DNA from: a bacterium
GTDB taxonomy: Bacteria > Patescibacteriota > Minisyncoccia > Phycocordibacterales > UBA2100
Direction: 5' to 3'
Assembly (NCBI GenBank): GCA_030647655.1
Contig: JAUSJH010000006.1
Location: forward strand, 3,737 to 67,736
DNA length: 64,000 bases
Under the pieces are notes generated by a model. The model was not told the origin of the DNA. It worked only from the letters and a program-made list of their open reading frames with translations, and did no database searches. The number at the start of each line of letters is the position of its first letter. Position 1 is the first letter of the stretch. Shown piece by piece: positions 38,998 to 48,337 of the stretch. The position numbers and the translations under genes were made by a program.

Positions 38998-39378
38998 CTA
39001 GACGATCTCGGGCGCAAGCGAGCCAATGCGCTGGTATCCGCGGTCCACGACCTCGCGTGGAATGGGGCCGAATACGCGATTCGCCTTTGGCTCCTTGGGG
39101 TCTTTGCCGCTACCGACGATGAGCACTACAGCATTCTCGTCGAAACGCACGTATGAGCCGTCTTTGCGACGGAGCGCATTGACCTGTCGCACGACGACCG
39201 CGCGATGCACTTCTTTTTTCTTAACCGACTTCCGCGGCTGGGCTGTTTGGATTGAAATTACTATTTCATCGCCAATACCCGCGTAGCGCTTCTTCGAGCC
39301 GCCCAATATTTTAAAGACACGGCCGATGATGCCGCCAGAATTATCTGCAATCTTTACGAGAGTTCTATCTTGTATCAT
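38998..39378 (-). CDS. rplN: 50S ribosomal protein L14
   Basis: Motifs ADNSG, RFDENAVV, RVFGPIPRE, SLAPEIV. Confidence 0.98.
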   Translation of the reverse strand: MIQDRTLVKIADNSGGIIGRVFKILGGSKKRYAGIGDEIVISIQTAQPRKSVKKKEVHRAVVVRQVNALRRKDGSYVRFDENAVVLIVGSGKDPKEPKANRVFGPIPREVVDRGYQRIGSLAPEIV

Positions 39379-39380
39379 AT

Positions 39381-39668
39381 CTATTCTTTTCCTCCGGAGG
39401 AGGATCCGCCTTCGGCGGACACCTCCGTGCGAGATACGAGTATGAAGCGTTTGCGTTTTGAGATGGGACGCGTCTCACGAATCACGACCTTCTCCCCCAC
39501 TTGTGCGGTGTTGCCCACATCGTGCACGAGAAATTTCTTGCTCAAGCGCATGAATTTCTTGTACTTCGGATGCTTCACGTAGCGCTCCACAGAAACGGTG
39601 GCCGTGTCTTTCATGGCGCGCTTAACGACGACGCCTTCGAATGTCTTGCCTTGTTTTGTTTCGTTCAT
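39381..39668 (-). CDS. rpsQ: 30S ribosomal protein S17
   Basis: Motifs HPKYKK, ETRPISKRK; tail SAEGGSSSGGKE derives from a repeat. Confidence 0.97.
   Translation of the reverse strand: MNETKQGKTFEGVVVKRAMKDTATVSVERYVKHPKYKKFMRLSKKFLVHDVGNTAQVGEKVVIRETRPISKRKRFILVSRTEVSAEGGSSSGGKE
39390..39419. repeat. 30-nt double palindrome in the rpsQ 3' end
   Basis: TCCTCC gga GGAGGA TCCGCC ttc GGCGGA. Confidence 0.8.
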
Positions 39669-39683
39669 AAAGAATTGAATATT

Positions 39684-39887
39684 CTACGCGGCTTTCTTTT
39701 TCGAATCAATCTGACGAGCTCGCATCTCCGTCAAGATCTGTGCAATCTCGCGGCGCAGGTTTCTGCCTTCGCGCACGTTCCTCGTGCGACTACCCTCGCC
39801 CTGAAAGCGGAAAGTGCGCAATGCCTCGCGCTTATCGGCAACGAGCTTCTGCAATTCCGGGGCATCCTGTTTTGAAAAATTAGACAT
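39684..39887 (-). CDS. rpmC: 50S ribosomal protein L29
   Basis: LRTFRF...RREIAQILT; located between rplP and rpsQ. Confidence 0.9.
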   Translation of the reverse strand: MSNFSKQDAPELQKLVADKREALRTFRFQGEGSRTRNVREGRNLRREIAQILTEMRARQIDSKKKAA

Positions 39888-39894
39888 AGTATTT

Positions 39895-40317
39895 TTATTC
39901 GCGCGCGACGACACGAACCTTGAGCGGTAACTTTGTCCCTGCCTTGCGCAGCGCTTCGCGCGCCATCGCCTCGGGTGCCCCGTCTATCTCGAAAATAACG
40001 CGGCCTGGGCGTACGTCGAATACAAATCCTGCGACGTCTCCTTTACCGCTTCCCATGCCGACCTCTGCCGCCTTCTGCGTGAACGGCCTGTCGGGAAAAA
40101 TGCGCGTCCATATCTTTGCGGATTTTCCGCCGGCACGCGTGAGCGCTCGACGAGCAGCCTCGAGCTGATTCGAGGTGACGCGCGCCTGCGAAAGTGCTTT
40201 GATTCCGTATGAGCCGAAAGCGACCGTGATGCCGCGTGTCTCCGGAGCGTTGAGGCGTTTCCCGCGTCGGCGACCACTCTGCCACTTGCGATATTTTGCT
40301 TTTTTAGGTGCGAGCAT
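39895..40317 (-). CDS. rplP: 50S ribosomal protein L16
   Basis: Motifs MLAPKKAKYRK, RIFPD, MGSGKG, KLP. Confidence 0.97.
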   Translation of the reverse strand: MLAPKKAKYRKWQSGRRRGKRLNAPETRGITVAFGSYGIKALSQARVTSNQLEAARRALTRAGGKSAKIWTRIFPDRPFTQKAAEVGMGSGKGDVAGFVFDVRPGRVIFEIDGAPEAMAREALRKAGTKLPLKVRVVARE

Positions 40318-40319
40318 AT

Positions 40320-41021
40320 TTATTTCCTGCTTGAAGCTACCCCGCCTTGGGCGGACTTTGCTTCTTTGTCGAAGATGTCTCCTCGGTAGATCCAAACTTT
40401 GACACCAACCACGCCGTATGGGAGATACGCTTGCTCACGCGCGAAATCTATATCGGCGCGCATCGTCTGGAGGGGTACGCGGCCGCGCTTTATCTCTTCT
40501 GTGCGCGACATCTCCGCCCCGCCGAGTCTGCCGGCAATCGCTATTTTCACCCCCTCGACATCGCGATTTGCCATCACTTTCTCCACCGTCTGCTTGAGGA
40601 CACGACGGAACGTCTGGCGTTTCTCCAAGCCCTCAGCAACCATATAGGCGACGACCGGCGACTGACTTTCCGGTGAACGAACTTCCTCTATATCGAGACG
40701 CACTGTTTTGCGCTCGGCGCGCGGCACTGTGCGGATGACTTTTTCTATCTCTTTGGTGAGCTTGGTCGAGCCTTCGCCACCGCGACCGATGACAAGGCCC
40801 GGACGCGAAGTTTTGATGATGACGCGGATGGCCTTCTCATTGCGCTCGATCTCGACAGAGCACACATAGTTGCCGCGCAAACGTTTCTTGAGAAAGCGGC
40901 GAATGGCGGCGTCGACACACACTCCGGTGCGATAATCTGCCGGTGTTTTGCCGAACCAACGACTTTTCCAGTCGCGGATGATGCCGAGGCGGTGCGCGTA
41001 TGGGTGTACGGTATGTGTCAT
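40320..41021 (-). CDS. rpsC: 30S ribosomal protein S3
   Basis: Motifs HPYAHRLG, RPGLVIGRGG, GRLGGAEM, GRVPLQT, GVKVWIY. Confidence 0.98.
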   Translation of the reverse strand: MTHTVHPYAHRLGIIRDWKSRWFGKTPADYRTGVCVDAAIRRFLKKRLRGNYVCSVEIERNEKAIRVIIKTSRPGLVIGRGGEGSTKLTKEIEKVIRTVPRAERKTVRLDIEEVRSPESQSPVVAYMVAEGLEKRQTFRRVLKQTVEKVMANRDVEGVKIAIAGRLGGAEMSRTEEIKRGRVPLQTMRADIDFAREQAYLPYGVVGVKVWIYRGDIFDKEAKSAQGGVASSRK

Positions 41022-41022
41022 A

Positions 41023-41433
41023 TTACTTGTCCGCCGAAGCCTTAGCGGAGGCGGATTTTACTTTCTTTGGTGAACTTCTTTTGGCAACTTTTCCTGGCTT
41101 TGTTGTTTTTGCCGTAGCGCCCAACTCAAGAAAAACAATACTCATCGTCTTCCTAATGGTTCCGGAGCGTCCACGCGCAAAAGGGCGCGCGCGGCGCATG
41201 ACCAAGCCCTTGTTGACTGTGATTGTTTTTACAAAAAGATTGTCGGCCGAAGCTCCCTTAGCACCAGCGTTGGCAACGGCGGAGTTCAAAAGCTTGCCGA
41301 TCGCCGGCGAAGACTTCTTCGGCAAATACAAGAGCGCCGCGCGCGCAGCCGCAACACTTTTGCCGCGAATGAGGTCCGCGACAAGCCTCACCTTGCGAGG
41401 CGACTGGTGGTAGTTGGTGAGTGTTGCTTTCAT
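41023..41433 (-). CDS. rplV: 50S ribosomal protein L22
   Basis: Motifs SPRKVRLVADLIRG, SAVANA; tail SASAKASADK is encoded by the palindrome at 41030-41055. Confidence 0.97.
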   Translation of the reverse strand: MKATLTNYHQSPRKVRLVADLIRGKSVAAARAALLYLPKKSSPAIGKLLNSAVANAGAKGASADNLFVKTITVNKGLVMRRARPFARGRSGTIRKTMSIVFLELGATAKTTKPGKVAKRSSPKKVKSASAKASADK

Positions 41434-41460
41434 AGATTATTTATAGTGAGCACTGTCGAA

Positions 41461-41811
41461 CTATTTCTTCGCTGCGGCGGTCGTGTCGGCAGTTGCCTTT
41501 GCGGCCTGCGCGGTCGCAATTTCTGCCGCTTTCGCTGCCATTTCGGTCTCTTTTTGCATCTTACCGCCGTGCTTGATGAATTTGGTCGTCGGTGCAAATT
41601 CGCCTAATCGGTGTCCCACCATGTCTTCCGAGACGTACACATCATCGAAATTCTTGCCAGTGTGTACCGCAAATGTGTAGCCGACGAATTCAGGCGCTAT
41701 CTGCGAGCTTCGCGCCCACGTCTTAATAGCCCCCTGTCCCGATTTGCGCAGAGAGACTTTCTTCATCAGTTTGACGTCCACATACGGACCCTTTTTGAGT
41801 GAGCGTGTCAT
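41461..41811 (-). CDS. rpsS: 30S ribosomal protein S19
   Basis: Motifs [20 protein letters not shown]. Confidence 0.98.
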   Translation of the reverse strand: MTRSLKKGPYVDVKLMKKVSLRKSGQGAIKTWARSSQIAPEFVGYTFAVHTGKNFDDVYVSEDMVGHRLGEFAPTTKFIKHGGKMQKETEMAAKAAEIATAQAAKATADTTAAAKK

Positions 41812-41846
41812 ATCAATTTAAATCCCGCCGCAGCGGGAGTCCGCAT

Positions 41847-41875
41847 AATGTATAGGAAACCGGGGGCAATGTCAA
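41847..41875 (-). promoter_or_regulatory. Internal sigma70 promoter upstream of rpsS
   Basis: TTGACA-17 bp-TACATT in the 114-bp rplB-rpsS gap. Confidence 0.65.
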
Positions 41876-41925
41876 CAAAAATCTCTCGCCCGCTTGCAAG
41901 TTGGGGCTACATTTATCGCGATTTT

Positions 41926-42768
41926 TTACTTCCGCTTCCCTACCTTACGACGGCTAACAATGAAAACATTGCTGTATTTCTTTGGGCGTCTTGTCTTCTG
42001 TCCTTTACCGGAAGGTTTGCCCCACATGGTTTTCGCGCGACGCAAACCGCGACCCTGACGGCCTTCACCTCCACCGTGCGGATGGTCTACCGGATTCATC
42101 GCCGTGCCACGGACCGTGGGCCGACGCCCTAGCCATCGGCTCCTTCCTGCTTTGCCGAGATTGACCAAGCGGTGCTCCTCGTTGGAAACTTCGCCCACAG
42201 ATGCCCACGCGGTCGAAATGACTCGACGCACTTCCGTACTAGGCATCTTGAGGTGCGTGTAGCCGGCGTCCTGCGCCACTATCTCGCAGTAATTACCCGC
42301 GGCGCGCGCGAGGACAGCGCCTCCATTCGGCTTTAATTCTATGTTGTAGACAAATGTGCCGACCGGCATTCCGCCGAGTGGAAGTCGGTTACCGAGAGCG
42401 ACCGGTGCAGTCTCGGATACAAGAAAGGTGTCGCCAACCTTCACTTTTTGCGGAAGCACGACGTAGCGTTTCTCACCGTCCTGATAGATGGCAAGCCCGA
42501 TGAATGCGGAGCGGAATGGGTCGTATTCTATGGAGACGATCTTGGCGGGAATATTCTTTTTGTCGAAACGAAAATCCACCTGCCGGTAGGTCTTCTTGTG
42601 TCCGCCGCCCTGATGACGCATCGTGATGCGACCATGTGAGTTTCTCCCGCCCATAGACCTTTTGCCGCGCATGAGCGATTTTTCCGGAGCATGACCCGAA
42701 AGCAATTTCCGGTACTCTATCGAGGTGTGCTGGCGCTGTGATGGCGATGTGGGTTTGTATGTTTTCAT
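41926..42768 (-). CDS. rplB: 50S ribosomal protein L2
   Basis: Motifs EYDPFRSA, RGTAMNPVDHPHGGGEG. Confidence 0.99.
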   Translation of the reverse strand: MKTYKPTSPSQRQHTSIEYRKLLSGHAPEKSLMRGKRSMGGRNSHGRITMRHQGGGHKKTYRQVDFRFDKKNIPAKIVSIEYDPFRSAFIGLAIYQDGEKRYVVLPQKVKVGDTFLVSETAPVALGNRLPLGGMPVGTFVYNIELKPNGGAVLARAAGNYCEIVAQDAGYTHLKMPSTEVRRVISTAWASVGEVSNEEHRLVNLGKAGRSRWLGRRPTVRGTAMNPVDHPHGGGEGRQGRGLRRAKTMWGKPSGKGQKTRRPKKYSNVFIVSRRKVGKRK

Positions 42769-42801
42769 ATTTGTTTACTGTTCACTGTCAACTGTTAACT
42801 G

Positions 42802-43176
42802 TTAACTAATCGTAATCGTCTCTCCCTTTTTAAGGTACACATACGCTTTCTTGCCTCCTCCAGTCGTTCCACGCTTTCCGGTGCGCACAGAGCGGCGTAC
42901 CTTCCTCGGGATAGAAACGACACGCACCATGCGCGGGCTCACTCCATAGAGCGCACGTACCGCCTGCATCACATCGCGCTTCGTGGCTCTTTCGGCGATG
43001 TCGAAGGTGTAGACGCCGACGCCTTGGTGCATCGTCGCTTTCTCCGTGACACGCGCGTGCTTCAAGATGTGCGACAGGCCTGCGCTTATACCTGAAGCCA
43101 CGGCGGCCGGTTTTATCCTGGCCGGCGTGATAGCAACTGGCGGGAGAGACTTTTTGTTTCGCGTGAATAGTGCCAT
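42802..43176 (-). CDS. rplW: 50S ribosomal protein L23
   Basis: Motifs VTEKA, YTFD, KKAYVYLKKG. Confidence 0.93.
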   Translation of the reverse strand: MALFTRNKKSLPPVAITPARIKPAAVASGISAGLSHILKHARVTEKATMHQGVGVYTFDIAERATKRDVMQAVRALYGVSPRMVRVVSIPRKVRRSVRTGKRGTTGGGKKAYVYLKKGETITIS

Positions 43177-43178
43177 AT

Positions 43179-43961
43179 TTATTTTTTAGCCCCTACGAGT
43201 GAAGTATCCGGGGCCTTGACCATAGCATCGTGAGGTTTAGAAACTCTAGAAGTCTTCGTTTTGCGCGGTGGTGCTTTCGGCTTCGCGCTCGGCTCCGTCT
43301 TGTGAAGACGGCTCTCGACAATAGCGACCGCGGCTTCCGGATTCTCGATGACGAGATACGAATTGCCGAGGATAGCGACAGGATTCAGGTTGCGCACGTC
43401 GATGCATGTCACATTGCCGAGATTGCGGAAACTCTTTTGCGCGGCGAGGTTGCGATCGGAGAGCGCTACGAGCGCGGCGTTCTTGCGCTTGGTCGTAAGT
43501 TTCGCAAAACCCGACACCTTCGAGAGCATCACGAGAGCGCGCTTCGCCGCGGCGGTCTTGGGCTCGCTGATTCCAAACGAATCAACGAAAAGTATCTCGC
43601 CTTCTTTGAGTTTGCGCGAGAGCGCCATAAAAAGGGCTTTCGCGCGCATTTTCTTTGGGATCGCCCGTGAATAATCCTTATCCTTGCGCGGCCCGTGCGT
43701 GACGCCTCCGCCACGCCAAATGGGAGAGCGGATAGAGCCGTGGCGCGCGCGGCCCGTGCCTTTTTGCTGCCATGGCTTTCTCCCGCCTCCTCTCACTTCG
43801 CCGCGCGTCTTCACGTGCGCCACGGTCGGTCGGGCATTGGCCTGCATCGCGGTTACCACCTGATGCATTAGGGAGTCGTTCCACGCAACGCCAAAGACAC
43901 TCTCCGGCAATTCGACGGAGCCCGCTTTCTTGCCTTGAATGTTGTAGATGTCGGTTTTCAT
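43179..43961 (-). CDS. rplD: 50S ribosomal protein L4
   Basis: KTRGEVRGGGRKPWQQKGTGRARHGSIRSP. Confidence 0.98.
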   Translation of the reverse strand: MKTDIYNIQGKKAGSVELPESVFGVAWNDSLMHQVVTAMQANARPTVAHVKTRGEVRGGGRKPWQQKGTGRARHGSIRSPIWRGGGVTHGPRKDKDYSRAIPKKMRAKALFMALSRKLKEGEILFVDSFGISEPKTAAAKRALVMLSKVSGFAKLTTKRKNAALVALSDRNLAAQKSFRNLGNVTCIDVRNLNPVAILGNSYLVIENPEAAVAIVESRLHKTEPSAKPKAPPRKTKTSRVSKPHDAMVKAPDTSLVGAKK

Positions 43962-43968
43962 AAAAATA

Positions 43969-44577
43969 TTATCCTCTTATCTCAACGAGCGTGCCTGGGC
44001 GTCCCGGAATCGCACCTGAAATAACGAGTGTATTGCTGGCCACATCCACCTGCAAGACTTTGAGATTCGGCACCGTGATACGCTCCCCTCCCATACGACC
44101 GGCCATGCGCATGCCTTTTACCACACGCCCGCCAGCGCGGCCGCCGCCGCCGATAGAACCCGGAGAGCGCTCGCGATTCTTCTGGCCGTGACTGCGCGGA
44201 CCGCCGTGGAAACCGTGGCGCTTCACGACACCCTGAAATCCTTTTCCCTTTGAGGTCGCAGAGACGGTGACAACATCCCCCGGCGTGAAAATGGAGACGT
44301 CTATCGCGGAAGCAGGCTCCGGATTCGAAGCACCTGCTTCTAGGGAGAACTCGCGAATGTGCATAAATGGTTTCCCGGTCTGTGCCTTGTTGAGACGCGA
44401 TTCTTTCTTTGTGCCAAAGCCTACCTGAACAGCCGCATAGCCGTCTTTGTCCTGTGATTTCGTCTGAGTAACGGCGAGAGGGCCCGCGGTAACGATGGTC
44501 GCAGCGGAAACGACACCCTTCTCATCGAAGACCTGCGTCATACGGCCCTTGGTTCCGAGCATGAATTTTGTTGTCAT
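43969..44577 (-). CDS. rplC: 50S ribosomal protein L3
   Basis: Motifs DGYAAVQVG, SKGKGFQGVVKRHGF, MAGRMG; own TATACT box at 44651-44656. Confidence 0.98.
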   Translation of the reverse strand: MTTKFMLGTKGRMTQVFDEKGVVSAATIVTAGPLAVTQTKSQDKDGYAAVQVGFGTKKESRLNKAQTGKPFMHIREFSLEAGASNPEPASAIDVSIFTPGDVVTVSATSKGKGFQGVVKRHGFHGGPRSHGQKNRERSPGSIGGGGRAGGRVVKGMRMAGRMGGERITVPNLKVLQVDVASNTLVISGAIPGRPGTLVEIRG

Positions 44578-44697
44578 GAAATTGAAACGCCCGCAATAGC
44601 GGGCATACGATGCCTGCCATTGGTCCCTATGGGGACATGGGATGACAGGGAGTATACAGAGGCAAACTCAAAAGTCCACCCCCCTGTACTCGAAATG

Positions 44698-46149
44698 CTA
44701 AAGCGTGGGCTCGAGTGGCGACGCATGATTTCGTCGGCGGACCCAGAGCCATGAGACTACAAGAAGCGCCAGAAGCGCAATCACGCCAGTAAGCTTCAGG
44801 AGACCTGACGGTGAGAGGATGTCGCTTAAGGAGAACGTTTGCGATTTCAACTCTTTCGGAAGGCAGGTAGACGGAGCAATCTGATTGCAATCGTACGTCA
44901 GCAGAGACTCATCGACGAGCGTGCCGCCCTGATAGAGCTTCGCGGTGAGCTCGAACGTGTCGTAATTGCCTTTCGGGGTGAATTTCTCCGCGACGCCCAT
45001 CATGTCACCAGTCACGTCACCCGTATACGTATATTCGTGAATAAGTTTGCCCGAAGTGTCCGAGAGATGGAGGACGAGCTTGCCATTGGGTACAGACTCG
45101 CTCTCGCCGCTGTTGTGCAGGCACGAGAAGAGCGTCGTTTCCTCACCTTTGCGCAACGGAAATGCGGTCACTCCCGGAAAATTGATGCGCGTGCGGTCGA
45201 TTCCTGTGCGCGCGAAGCGCACGTTGATGATGGACTGCGTGTTGCCCCAGCCCACCCAGCCGATGAGTAAGTACACCGGATAGCGCGCATCGGTCGCGGT
45301 ATACGAGACTGTCGCGCTCCCGCCAGCGGGGACGGATACTTGCGAATCGCTTTGCGCTACCAGGTTGCCCGGCTGACCCGCATCCCATGTGTAAAGCTTC
45401 CACGACACGGGCACAAGTACTTTCTGCGCCGTGGTATTGCGTATGACCGCGCTTATCGGCACGGCCGCTACTTTGTCTGTGCGCGGCGGGAACGCGGCGA
45501 AGTAGTATGTGTTGCCCGCTACCGTGACCGCGTTCTTATCGAACGATACGAGTTTCTGCTGTTCGCCAGACACATGGAAGCTCGCTGTGTTACCGACAAC
45601 ATCGTCAGTGAACGAGAGGCCGAGCAGATTGTATTTCTTGGATGTGGTGAAGAAGGTGGCGATTTTGTAGTCGCCCGTAGATGCATAACTCGGAATATCC
45701 CACGTGAACGCGATGGGCAATGAGCCCTGCGCCGGTAGATTGATACCACTACGCACGAAGAATTGGTCAACGACATCGGGACCGTTCGGGTCTTTGGCGC
45801 CGGAATTATCCTTCAGTCGGAATACCTTGATATAGAGTGCGCCGTCCACGATTGGGTAGGGATTGTCGTTCTTGATGGCGCCGGTAAAGGTGATGGGCGT
45901 GCCCGAGACCGCGGTCGTGACACTTGAACTTACGTTCACTTGTACCGAACCGAAACGGTAGTACGCGAAGCAATCGGTAGTGCCAGCCGGAAACACGACC
46001 GTGGTGGTAGAAGGGACCGCATCAGCGTCGTCGGGCGCAAGCGTATCTTGTGCGAGTGCGAGCGGCGCGCCTGAGCTGGCAAGGAGAAGCACGGCACTGA
46101 TAAATGCGGTTCCGCGCCGAAGACTAACGATGAGAGAGTTCATAGACAT
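44698..46149 (-). CDS. Secreted Ig-like protein with C-terminal membrane anchor
   Basis: Signal peptide ending ALA, beta-rich body, C-terminal TM followed by RRR. Confidence 0.7.
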   Translation of the reverse strand: MSMNSLIVSLRRGTAFISAVLLLASSGAPLALAQDTLAPDDADAVPSTTTVVFPAGTTDCFAYYRFGSVQVNVSSSVTTAVSGTPITFTGAIKNDNPYPIVDGALYIKVFRLKDNSGAKDPNGPDVVDQFFVRSGINLPAQGSLPIAFTWDIPSYASTGDYKIATFFTTSKKYNLLGLSFTDDVVGNTASFHVSGEQQKLVSFDKNAVTVAGNTYYFAAFPPRTDKVAAVPISAVIRNTTAQKVLVPVSWKLYTWDAGQPGNLVAQSDSQVSVPAGGSATVSYTATDARYPVYLLIGWVGWGNTQSIINVRFARTGIDRTRINFPGVTAFPLRKGEETTLFSCLHNSGESESVPNGKLVLHLSDTSGKLIHEYTYTGDVTGDMMGVAEKFTPKGNYDTFELTAKLYQGGTLVDESLLTYDCNQIAPSTCLPKELKSQTFSLSDILSPSGLLKLTGVIALLALLVVSWLWVRRRNHASPLEPTL

Positions 46150-46150
46150 A

Positions 46151-47743
46151 TTACAGCTCCCGAACCAACGGTACGACGTTCACGGTCGTGGATTGTGTGA
46201 GTATCGAACCATCGAGCCCCGTGCATGAGAGCGTGTAGACGGTCTGGCTCTGGATTTGAGATGTGGCGACGCCTGAGGAGAGTGCCCCGCTCCAAGCGCC
46301 CGTGCCATTGGCGAGTGGGTCGCTCGGGCTCGTCACCTTGCAGGAATTGCCCACGACATTAGCGGCGCTCCACGAGACAGTCGTCGTGTCGCCCGGACGC
46401 ACAAGCGAAGGAACGGCACGGATGAGGAGCGCGGGCGTGCCTCCTCCGCCTCCTCCTATGCAGTAAGCGCCGCTCTGCGTTTGCGGTGGGGTGCACTGGC
46501 ATGATGGGTATGCTGTCTTGTTGAGGCCGTTGGAGCACAAGGTGCCAATGTCCACACAGGAAGAGCCGCTTTGTTTTTGCCCAGTGGGACAAGTGCACGA
46601 TGGATACGTCGTCTTGTTGAGGCCGTTGGAGCACAGATTCTGTGTGCCCGAGCAGGTGAATCTGAAGGTGGTCCATCCCGAGGAAAATCCGGGCTTGTCG
46701 AACGCAATGACCTTGATGGTCTTCCCGCCAGCTGTTGTGTATGTGCGAGAGGCCGATTGCGCGACTCCCGAGGCGACGTATCCCGAAGATGGAACGAACT
46801 GGTCTACGGTGCCATCTGCGTCCCAGTCCACGCCGTATCTCACTTGGTCACCGTCGGAATCCGTGGAGTAGAACGTGATGGTATGCGAGGTGCCGATGGT
46901 GCACTGGCCGGAGCCGGAGACAGTGGGAGCGGAGGGTGTGGAACCTGTGGTATCTGTAACAGTAATTGGATACGGGATTGTTTGCGTCGGAACAGTAAGC
47001 AAGAAATTGCCCTGTGATCTCCCTGCACTTGATGCCGCGGGTTTGTATACCCACATGGGTTCGTTGTTCCCTGTGCAACGGCGCGCTGCCAATGGTCCAC
47101 TCGTGGGGTCCAGTCTACCGTAGAATCTTCCCCTTGTGGCGGCAAAGGAAAACGAGAGCGGGACTGTGCCGAGATCGGAGGCAGTGCAGGTGCGCGAACC
47201 GTTCTCGGCCGCTTCTCCGCATGAAAGGTTGCCGACTCCTTGTACGGTCTGGTTTGGAGGTGCCGCGACAAGCGCCGCATAGATTTTTCCGTCTCGGACA
47301 CCGTTACGATCATGTCCTACAAAATCCTTTTCAAGACAGGCGAGCCGCGGCGCCGATGCTTGCGCGCGCCATTCTCCGTAGGGGCTGTCGTAGCCGAAGC
47401 CCGTGGAAAACCAATAGATGTCTTCGCTCGCGTGTCGGTCGAATGAGAGAACGAGCCGAGTCCCGCGCAAGACCGAGCCGCCGGGAGGAATGATTTCGCC
47501 TGTCGCCGCTTTTTTCACTACCGCGCGATATTGCACGGAAATCGTCGGATTACCGAATCCGAACGAATCCGGTCCGGAGCATTGGCGATCGGCGCCCAGC
47601 GGAACGAGGCAGGAGCGAATAAGTGTTCTAGAAACCGTCGTGCTCCACACGACGCTTTCCGCGTGAACAAGAAGGGGCAACACTATTGCAATTAAAAGCG
47701 CCGCCAGTGAAAGCGAATAGGCACACCAGAGAGTTCGATGCAT
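46151..47743 (-). CDS. Secreted PKD-like, Cys-rich surface protein
   Basis: Signal peptide (VHA-E); DSDGDQVRYGVDWD; two LCSNGLNKT.YPSC repeats; TATAAT 6 nt before ATG 47743. Confidence 0.7.
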   Translation of the reverse strand: MHRTLWCAYSLSLAALLIAIVLPLLVHAESVVWSTTVSRTLIRSCLVPLGADRQCSGPDSFGFGNPTISVQYRAVVKKAATGEIIPPGGSVLRGTRLVLSFDRHASEDIYWFSTGFGYDSPYGEWRAQASAPRLACLEKDFVGHDRNGVRDGKIYAALVAAPPNQTVQGVGNLSCGEAAENGSRTCTASDLGTVPLSFSFAATRGRFYGRLDPTSGPLAARRCTGNNEPMWVYKPAASSAGRSQGNFLLTVPTQTIPYPITVTDTTGSTPSAPTVSGSGQCTIGTSHTITFYSTDSDGDQVRYGVDWDADGTVDQFVPSSGYVASGVAQSASRTYTTAGGKTIKVIAFDKPGFSSGWTTFRFTCSGTQNLCSNGLNKTTYPSCTCPTGQKQSGSSCVDIGTLCSNGLNKTAYPSCQCTPPQTQSGAYCIGGGGGGTPALLIRAVPSLVRPGDTTTVSWSAANVVGNSCKVTSPSDPLANGTGAWSGALSSGVATSQIQSQTVYTLSCTGLDGSILTQSTTVNVVPLVREL

Positions 47744-47845
47744 ATCTGCATTATAGAGCGTGGAAAGCGTCGGCGGCGACACAATGTGGCGACGTGTGTA
47801 CAAATTCACAACTCCCGAAACAACGGTAAGGTGCCGCGGCGCAAT

Positions 47846-48331
47846 TCAGACTTGCACAATATTATCCGAGCGCACAGGATGTCGGCGTCGGTGGAGCATT
47901 TCCGCGATAATCCACACAAGTCCCATCGAGGCTGCGCCGAGCGTGAAAGCAATGGTCGCGTCGGGGCCTGCGAAACCAAAAGCTTCATTAAACATGCACA
48001 GGAACCTAGAGGCCCGGCACGCGTCAGGCGATACCGGACTTTGCTCACTCGCAGTAAAGCTCTGTGTGTTTTGCGGACGCCATTGTATGTCTTGCACTGT
48101 CATCCCCTGTTTTCCTGCTTCATCCGTGAGGAGGTCTACCATCGCGTCGAGCTCGGCATTGGACAGTCCGGAAGTACGTGGATCGCTCAAGAGTTCAGCG
48201 CGAATGGTGGAGCGCAAATCACCCTGTGCAACGGTCTGTGCGTACAGGACGAAGGGGAAAAATGCAAAGAGGCACGTGAAGAGAACGAGTGCGAAGTAAA
48301 ATGAGAGTGTTGTGTGCGTGCGCATGTGCAT
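47846..48331 (-). CDS. Small secreted/membrane protein
   Basis: N-terminal signal and C-terminal TM followed by HRRR. Confidence 0.6.
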   Translation of the reverse strand: MHMRTHTTLSFYFALVLFTCLFAFFPFVLYAQTVAQGDLRSTIRAELLSDPRTSGLSNAELDAMVDLLTDEAGKQGMTVQDIQWRPQNTQSFTASEQSPVSPDACRASRFLCMFNEAFGFAGPDATIAFTLGAASMGLVWIIAEMLHRRRHPVRSDNIVQV

Positions 48332-48337
48332 ATTGTA

